This document shows positions 57,944-64,000 of a stretch of DNA of 64,000 bases, piece after piece (within the stretch, counting starts at the first letter, position 1; the number at the start of each line of letters is the position of its first letter). A program made the translations under genes and the position numbers. The stretch comes from Vulcanimicrobiota bacterium. GTDB lineage: Bacteria > Vulcanimicrobiota > Xenobia > Xenobiales > JADMJV01. The stretch spans positions 552,008-616,007 of the forward strand of contig JBFWNU010000001.1 in NCBI GenBank assembly GCA_050250895.1, in the 5' to 3' direction. Under the pieces are notes generated by a model. That model saw only the letters and a program-made list of their open reading frames with translations. It did no database searches and was not told where the DNA came from.

Positions 57944-57986
57944 CGGAGTAACTTCGACCCCTCCCCCTCGTCCCCTGGCCGGTAAC

Positions 57987-58574
57987 CTAGAAGGTCGGCT
58001 CCCCAATGCGGGGCCGGGTCGTGAAACGGTCGACCTTCCTGATGTCAGCGAGCAAGATCTTCTCGAAGACAGCCTCCCGGCCACCCCAGCGCCCCCTCCG
58101 ATTCTTCCTGCGCGGCAACCTGGTGAACAAGCGCGGCCAGCTCTTTTCCAGCCCCTCGCGCCACTGGCGGGGCAGGTCGTAGAACGACGCCTCGAGCAGC
58201 CCCGCCGCCTTCAGCCTGCGACGCCAATCCTGCTGAGCTTGGCGCGTTCCGAGGTAGTCGAGCCGAAAGACGAAGTCCCAGGCCCAGATGGGGAACGAGA
58301 CGATCCTCTCGGCCGGCACCTCAAGCTCCAAGCGCACCTGCTCTGGCCCGCCCGGCAAGCTTCCGTGACGAAAGACCCTCAGGTCAGGTTGGCTACAGTA
58401 GGCCCACCACGGCCAGTTCCCTTCGTATCCATCCAGCCGCCGCCGCAGCTGGTCAACCAGCCACTCAGTAGAAGGCTGGACCGGCGCGCGACGTAAAGCC
58501 GGATCCACCACCGCGACGCCGCCCTGTTCGAGCTGCTCCCAGACACACAGGGGCTGAATCGTCCACACTCTCAC
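57987..58574 (-). CDS. DUF3841-like protein
   Basis: 'WTIQ...W..L', 'WL..Q', 'P.WA', 'PDLR', 'SW..LF'. GGAGG RBS. Confidence 0.7.
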   Translation of the reverse strand: MRVWTIQPLCVWEQLEQGGVAVVDPALRRAPVQPSTEWLVDQLRRRLDGYEGNWPWWAYCSQPDLRVFRHGSLPGGPEQVRLELEVPAERIVSFPIWAWDFVFRLDYLGTRQAQQDWRRRLKAAGLLEASFYDLPRQWREGLEKSWPRLFTRLPRRKNRRGRWGGREAVFEKILLADIRKVDRFTTRPRIGEPTF

Positions 58575-58791
58575 CTCGACCTCCTACGACCCGCCCCCCG
58601 CCAAACCCGCCCGGGCCAAGCAATTCGGCACCTGACGGCGCCGTACCCGGGCCGGGGCGGCCGATCTCGCCTGCTCCAGGGCATTCGGCAGCACACACTG
58701 CCGGATCCGGCTTACCACGCTGCCGAACGGCCGGAATCCGGCGTACCACACCGCCGCCCGGGCCGGGCCGAGTTCGCCCGGGCCCCCCAAC

Positions 58792-58822
58792 AAGAAAGGA
58801 GCGGCCCTTACGAGCCACTCCT
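58792..58822 (-). terminator. Intrinsic terminator of the S8 peptidase gene
   Basis: AGGAGTGGCT-cgtaag-GGCCGCTCCT followed by TTCTT on the minus strand. Confidence 0.6.
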
Positions 58823-58866
58823 CTACCGTCTACCGTCTGACGACTACCGTCTCAAGACTACCGTCT
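58823..58866. repeat. Short tandem repeat, 4 x CTACCGTCT with 7/14-bp spacing
   Basis: Copies start at 58823, 58830, 58844 and 58858. Confidence 0.75.
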
Positions 58867-58868
58867 AG

Positions 58869-61109
58869 TTACGCGTCGCCGAAGACTTTCAGGTTGTCGA
58901 GCAGCAGGCCGTCACGGCTGGTGCGCTCGTTGGTCTCGACGCGGAAGCGCAGCTGCACTTCTTTGCCATCGAAAGCCGACAGGTCGATGGACTGCTCGCC
59001 CCAGTCGCTGGTGCGAGGCAGGGTCTTGAGGCTGGTCCAGTTCTGGCCACCGTCTTCGGTGATCTCGACCATCGCGTTGTCGCCCCAAGCGAAGTCGGTC
59101 TTGGCATCGAAGGTCATCAGGTTGTTGGTGGTGTTGGCCAGGCTAAAGGTGGGCGAGGTCAGAGCGGTGTTGGTACCGTTCTGATATTCGCCCTCGGGAC
59201 TGTCGGTCCAGACTTTGCCACGACCTTCGACATCGACCCGACCCCAGTTGGCGTCGGCCGACCAGGCGCTCTCTTCGCCGTCGAAAGCATCGCCGAACGC
59301 CAGGGTGGCGGCCGGGATGGTTACGGTGGCCGAGCGCAGCTCGGAGCGGTTGCCCACGTTGTCGATGGACTTCATCGCAAAGTGCAGCTGGCGAGGCTCG
59401 AGCGAAGGAGCCAGGTCGTAGCGCAGGCTCTCGATGTTACCAGTGGCGGTGGGGCCGTTGGTCGCGATCGGGCTGGCTTCGTCAAACGAGTCGGCGTTGA
59501 TGGCCGCATCCGAGACGCGCAGGTCGAAGGCAGCGGCGGGGCCGTTGCACCAACCGTCGTCGCCGGTGGCGGTCCAGCTCAGGGTCACGCCCCGGGTCGA
59601 AGCTTCGCTACCGGCGAAGTCGTTGGGAGCGGCCGGAGCCACGTTGTCGTCCTCGAGAGCCCGGGCGGCGTTGACACGACCACCACTGGCGCTCACCGTC
59701 GACAGCTGAGCCTTCTTGTCCGAGCTGTAGATGAGGCGGTCTTTAATCTGAGCGTTGGTCCACTCGGGGTGGGCGCTCTTCATCAGACCCACCACGCCCG
59801 AAACGTGAGGGGTAGCCATCGAGGTGCCACTGTAGCTGGCGTAGCCGTTGTTGGGCACGGTCGAAAGGATGTCTTTACCGGGGGCGGCCACGTCGACGGT
59901 CACCGTGCCATAGTTCGAGAAGCTGGCGCGGTTGTCGTTGTGGTCGGTGGCGGCGACCGATACGATGTTGGGCAGGTCGTAGCCCATCGGATAGAAGGGA
60001 CCACGGTCGGTGTTGCTGCCATTGTTCCCGGCGGCGCACAGGTGGATAGCGGGCGAGTTGGCGAACGCGTCGCGAATGGCGTCGTTAGGCCGGCCGCCGC
60101 CCCACGAGTTGGAGGTGATGTCGGCGCCCTGGGCGGTAGCATACAGGATCCCGCGCACGATGGCGTCGGCGCTGGTGCTGCCCGAGTCGCTGAAGATCTT
60201 GACCGGCATGACGCGGGCTTCCCAGTTGACACCGACTACGCCCTGGCCGTTATTGCCGACGCCGGCGATGGTGCCCGAGCAGTGCGAGCCGTGGGAGTGA
60301 CCGTCGAGGGGGTCGCCGGTGTTGGCATAGGCGTTGTAGCCGTGGACATCGTCGATGACGCCGTTGCCGTCGTTGTCGATACCGTCGCCGGCAATCTCGC
60401 CGGGATTGGTCCAGATGTTGGCAGCCAGGTCCGGGTGGTTGTAGTCGGCACCGGTGTCGATAACGGCGATGAGGGGGCCGTTCTCGCGGCTACCGGTGGT
60501 GACTTTCCAGGCGTCCATTGCGTGAACGTCGGCGCCGGCGGTTCCACCGGTCTGACCGGTGTTATTGATACCCCACAGCTGAGGGTTGAGGTCGTTGGGC
60601 ACGCCCGGCTGAGCAGGGGGCTGCTGAGGCGGGTTCTGGCTGGGAGGCTGCTGGCCTTCCTGGGGGTCGAGACGAATGACATCGTTGGGCTCGGCGTAGG
60701 CTACCCGAGCGTCAGCGCGCATCGCGGTCACGGCCTCGGCCAGGGTGATGCCGGCCGGCAGCTTCAGGCGCAGCAGGTCGCCGTCGAAAGCTTTGTAGAT
60801 GTTCTGGGGAATGTCGAACTTCTCGACGACGGTGGCGCCGTACTCCGAGGCGAAGTCGCCCATCAGAGAAAAGTCCATTCCGGGTTTTACCTTGACCAGC
60901 AGTTCGCCGTCGACGAACTCGTGGCCCTGGAATTCCTTGGCCACGGCGGCTACCGCCGTCGGGTTCAGGCTAGCGATGCGAGCGGGCAATTGGGTGAAGC
61001 TGGAGGATTCGCTGGGTCCGGCGGGTTCGGCCGAAGCAGCAGCAGCGGCGGCTTTGGGGGCGGCGCTGCGGGTATAATTAATCGCGGACAGGTTCTGATT
61101 GATAATCAC
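58869..61109 (-). CDS. Subtilisin-like S8 serine protease with propeptide and C-terminal FN3/beta-sandwich domains
   Basis: Catalytic triad IAVIDTG / HGSHCSG / SGTSMATP and oxyanion AAGN. N-terminus is MIINQNLSAIN. Confidence 0.93.
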   Translation of the reverse strand: MIINQNLSAINYTRSAAPKAAAAAASAEPAGPSESSSFTQLPARIASLNPTAVAAVAKEFQGHEFVDGELLVKVKPGMDFSLMGDFASEYGATVVEKFDIPQNIYKAFDGDLLRLKLPAGITLAEAVTAMRADARVAYAEPNDVIRLDPQEGQQPPSQNPPQQPPAQPGVPNDLNPQLWGINNTGQTGGTAGADVHAMDAWKVTTGSRENGPLIAVIDTGADYNHPDLAANIWTNPGEIAGDGIDNDGNGVIDDVHGYNAYANTGDPLDGHSHGSHCSGTIAGVGNNGQGVVGVNWEARVMPVKIFSDSGSTSADAIVRGILYATAQGADITSNSWGGGRPNDAIRDAFANSPAIHLCAAGNNGSNTDRGPFYPMGYDLPNIVSVAATDHNDNRASFSNYGTVTVDVAAPGKDILSTVPNNGYASYSGTSMATPHVSGVVGLMKSAHPEWTNAQIKDRLIYSSDKKAQLSTVSASGGRVNAARALEDDNVAPAAPNDFAGSEASTRGVTLSWTATGDDGWCNGPAAAFDLRVSDAAINADSFDEASPIATNGPTATGNIESLRYDLAPSLEPRQLHFAMKSIDNVGNRSELRSATVTIPAATLAFGDAFDGEESAWSADANWGRVDVEGRGKVWTDSPEGEYQNGTNTALTSPTFSLANTTNNLMTFDAKTDFAWGDNAMVEITEDGGQNWTSLKTLPRTSDWGEQSIDLSAFDGKEVQLRFRVETNERTSRDGLLLDNLKVFGDA

Positions 61110-61290
61110 GATGCTCTCCTAATGGTGTGTGCGTGTGTGAGGAAGGTATCACGCTGTCCCACCAAGGAGCGCTCGATATTGTTAACATGAAACCATGACC
61201 GAGATAATCGCCCAGAGGGCGACAGGGAGCGGCTTCGCCGAGCTATCGCCTGCGGCGACGAGGAGCGGCGGAGCCGAGAACCTCGCAACA

Positions 61291-61317
61291 TAAGAAAGGG
61301 TGCCTTTCGGCACCCCT
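61291..61317 (-). terminator. Intrinsic terminator of the dehydrogenase gene
   Basis: AGGGGTGCC-GAAA-GGCACCCTT then TCTTA on the minus strand. Confidence 0.7.
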
Positions 61318-61416
61318 CTCGAGGCGAGCTCAGCGAGCCTCGCTGCTTATCCCGGCCCGCAGGGCCGCTCCTGCTCCTTCAAGCGAAGCGAAGAACTCCT
61401 CGGCCGCAAAGCGGCC

Positions 61417-62520
61417 CTAGCTGGCTACGCCGGCTTTCATCTGCTCGATGATGGCGTCGGCCACCTGCGAGGTGCCTACGGCCGTGGGATCGTTGCGGTC
61501 GGCTTTCATGTCGTAGGTGACTTTGTCGCCTTTGCGGATGACTTCGGCCATGGCCCGGTCGAGGCGCTGGGCGGCTTCTTTTTCGCCCAGGTATTCGAGC
61601 ATCAAGACGCCCGAGAACATCATTGCCATCGGGTTGATCTTGTTCTGGCCGGCATACTTGGGCGCACTGCCGTGGACGGGCTCGAAGAGAGCGTAGTCGT
61701 CGCCCAGGTTGGCGCTGGGAGCGATACCCAGACCGCCGACCAGACCGGCGCACAGGTCGCTGAGGATGTCGCCGAACAGGTTGGGCAGCACCAAAATGTC
61801 ATAATCCTCGGGCTTTTGCACCAGCTGCATGCACATGTTGTCGACGATACGATCGTCGAATTGGATATCGGGGTAATCCTTGGCGATCTCACCGGCCACT
61901 TGCAGGAAGAGGCCGTCGGTGAACTTACAGATGTTGGCTTTGTGCACTGCGGTCACGCGCTTGCGACCATTGGCGCGGGCGTACTCGAAAGCGCGCTTGA
62001 CGATACGGGTGGTGCCGTAGACCGAAATCACCTTGAAGGTGACGGCCGCGTCTTCGCGGATGTCCATACCGGCGAAGTCCTTGACAGCCTTACGGAACTT
62101 CTCCATTTCAGGGCTGCCCTTTTCGAACTCGAGCCCGGCGTAAAGATCTTCGTGGTTCTCGCGAAAACAGATCAGATCGATGTCTTCGTAGCGAGTGCGC
62201 ACGCCTTTGTAGTATTTGGCGGGGCGCAAGTTGGCATACAGGTCGAGCTCTTTGCGCAAAGCCACGTTGACCGAGCGGAAGCCCGAGCCGATGGGCGTGC
62301 CGATTGGGCCTTTGATCCCGATCTTGTTCTTGCGAATCGAGTTGAGCACGTGCTCCGGCAGCGGCGTGCCGTGCTCCTCGAGAGCCTGCTGACCGGCGAT
62401 CTGCTCGTCCCACTCGAATTTCACTCCGGTGGCCTCGAGGACGCGGACGGTCGCCTCGGCGATCTCAGGGCCGGTTCCATCTCCGGGTATCAGCGTTACT
62501 TTGTAGCTCAACTTGGCCAC
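61417..62520 (-). CDS. Isocitrate/isopropylmalate dehydrogenase family (probable NAD-dependent isocitrate dehydrogenase)
   Basis: 'PGDG.GPE', 'FRSVNVALRK.LDLYAN.RP', 'VHKANI.K.TDGLF', 'NLFGDILSD', 'EPVHGSAP'. Confidence 0.92.
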   Translation of the reverse strand: MAKLSYKVTLIPGDGTGPEIAEATVRVLEATGVKFEWDEQIAGQQALEEHGTPLPEHVLNSIRKNKIGIKGPIGTPIGSGFRSVNVALRKELDLYANLRPAKYYKGVRTRYEDIDLICFRENHEDLYAGLEFEKGSPEMEKFRKAVKDFAGMDIREDAAVTFKVISVYGTTRIVKRAFEYARANGRKRVTAVHKANICKFTDGLFLQVAGEIAKDYPDIQFDDRIVDNMCMQLVQKPEDYDILVLPNLFGDILSDLCAGLVGGLGIAPSANLGDDYALFEPVHGSAPKYAGQNKINPMAMMFSGVLMLEYLGEKEAAQRLDRAMAEVIRKGDKVTYDMKADRNDPTAVGTSQVADAIIEQMKAGVAS

Positions 62521-62601
62521 CTCTCTCTTCTCTCTATTCTAGGCGGGGTCTGGCTGCGACCGTCGCTTGTGTATAGTATTCCGAAGGGCGACGAGATCCT
62601 G

Positions 62602-63942
62602 CTAAATTGTATTTTGGCCACTAAGTCGCCAGACCCCCCGCAGGCGACCGAGCCGGATGTTGACCGTCGACAGTACCGCGTCTCCTCGGCCTCTAGCCAT
62701 GACCCCCAGAACGAGACCCCCCGCGGCGCCGCTCACGGCTCCAAAGAGACCGGCCGCCGGACCACCAAGAATGCCCAGATAGAGGCCTCCAGTCGTGGCC
62801 AGGCCACCGATCATCTTGGCCCACGGCACCGGCGGCGTCAGCGAGTGCATATAGCGAGTCATCACGGGCTGGTGGGCCACGAAGGCCAGCACCAACTGTT
62901 GAAAGCGCTCCTCAAAAGCCTTGTCCCGAACCACTCTCATGGTCGACAGGTCAAAATCCAGTCCGTCTACGCTCAGATAAAGCTCGAGCCCGGGGCAGGT
63001 CTGGGTGAGATGGTCTTGCTCGACCACCACACCGTGATGACAAAAGTAGACCGGGATGGGCTTGGGTGGAGGCCAGTACTGCGTGATCGAGCCCCCGGCC
63101 AAAAAGGGCCCCAGGGCAGACGCGTCGGGCGGTTGGATGTGCCGAATCAGCGTCCCTTCTGCCCCGGGCCTGCGGTTCACGAAGATGCCCGGCTCGTCTT
63201 CGGTAGCCGGGTCGTGAGCTCGATAGTTGGGGCGAAAGCCGTCGCCCGAGGGCGAAGCCAGATGAAACTCGGAGGCAAAGAACGAGCCGGGCGGGGGTGA
63301 GCCCACCAGCTTGGGAAAATGGCGCGGCAGTTCGTAGCCGTCGAGTCGAATCGGCATGGGCGACATCCAGCAGCGCTCGGTGAGAGCACTGATCTCGTCG
63401 ACCGTCTGGGTGAGAGTAGCCCGCAACGAGTCGCCCAACTTCCATTCCTCGCCCGCCTTATGCAACTCGAAGAGGTAGGTGGTCTCGCCTTCGATCGTGG
63501 CCGGCTGCGTCTCCACCACACCGAGTTCGGTGCCATCGGGGCGGATGGTAAACTGACGATTCTTGTCGGCCGAGATTTGAGCGAAAGACATCGATTCGGG
63601 CACCCGGGCCAAGGAGGCCCGCATGCCCGTGATCAAGTGACGCAAGCTCCAGTCCGAGGCGATCCGCCCCGAAAAAAGCTCTTGCAGGACCTGGTCACAA
63701 TCAAAGGCAGGCGGGGCGGAAAAGGCCACCCGCAGGCGCCGGCGATTGACCCGGATGCTGAACGAAGAAGCCCCGGCCGACACCGCTGCCTGCACCATTT
63801 TGACCAGCCACAAACCGGGTTGTTCGAGTTGATGGCGGGCGAGCTTGGCCAGGGCGCGGCTGGGGTCGAGGGTGATCTGGCCGGTCGACTCCAACACCCC
63901 CTGGTCGTGCTGGGCCCTGAGAAAATCCTCGAGGGGGTTCAT
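62602..63942 (-). CDS. Hypothetical protein with degenerate HSP90/ATPase-like N-terminus and C-terminal TM helices
   Basis: 'ES.G..TLD..RAL.KL...QL..P..W..K.VQAAV' N-terminus and two Gly-rich hydrophobic helices at the C-terminus. Confidence 0.65.
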   Translation of the reverse strand: MNPLEDFLRAQHDQGVLESTGQITLDPSRALAKLARHQLEQPGLWLVKMVQAAVSAGASSFSIRVNRRRLRVAFSAPPAFDCDQVLQELFSGRIASDWSLRHLITGMRASLARVPESMSFAQISADKNRQFTIRPDGTELGVVETQPATIEGETTYLFELHKAGEEWKLGDSLRATLTQTVDEISALTERCWMSPMPIRLDGYELPRHFPKLVGSPPPGSFFASEFHLASPSGDGFRPNYRAHDPATEDEPGIFVNRRPGAEGTLIRHIQPPDASALGPFLAGGSITQYWPPPKPIPVYFCHHGVVVEQDHLTQTCPGLELYLSVDGLDFDLSTMRVVRDKAFEERFQQLVLAFVAHQPVMTRYMHSLTPPVPWAKMIGGLATTGGLYLGILGGPAAGLFGAVSGAAGGLVLGVMARGRGDAVLSTVNIRLGRLRGVWRLSGQNTI

Positions 63943-64000
63943 CCGCGGCCGGGCTCGGGCTTGCTCGGATAAAGAATCTGAATCTCGATAACGTCGCCCT
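63939..64000 (-). CDS. 3' end of an unidentified gene entering from beyond the window
   Basis: Open frame GDVIEIQILYPSKPEPGRG* whose TGA overlaps the next ATG (ATGA). Confidence 0.45.
   Translation of the reverse strand, partial: GDVIEIQILYPSKPEPGRG

Noticed and set aside
58823-58866. Mini-CRISPR array
   Set aside because: Repeats are only 9 bp with 0-5 bp spacers, and there are no cas genes.
59382-63300. 602-aa and 666-aa plus-strand ORFs
   Set aside because: Antisense to the S8 protease and dehydrogenase genes, which carry the real motifs.

Overview
High-GC bacterial window dominated by a large, rearranged flagellar gene region (~2.3-42 kb): csrA/fliW/flgLKNM, flgFGAHI, fliCDST, fliA, motAB, fliQR-flhBA-fliJ and fliE-flgBC-fliFGH. 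Interspersed are a Co/Ni ECF transporter, an HD-GYP response regulator plus an HDOD protein, a SigH-like sigma factor, a VTC/CotH/DUF4956 module, a disrupted rtcB, argG, an isocitrate-dehydrogenase-family gene and several lineage-specific proteins. Taxonomy is only a guess: a diderm non-proteobacterium, possibly Eremiobacterota/Vulcanimicrobiota-like. The best candidate for a new system is a CsrA fused in one ORF to a histidine kinase and pseudo-receiver. It overlaps fliW and sits near an orphan REC-HD-GYP protein, suggesting that FliW/flagellin partner switching feeds a phosphorelay that controls c-di-GMP. Other strong signals: (1) about a dozen sigmaH-like AGGA-N17-GAA promoters 8-11 nt before start codons; (2) sigma28 promoters in front of normally 'early' flagellar operons; (3) a subtilase with a flagellin-like N-terminus; (4) a 162-bp hairpin element inserted in rtcB. 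No rRNA, tRNA or CRISPR array was recognised. All calls come from reading motifs by eye; no database search was run.
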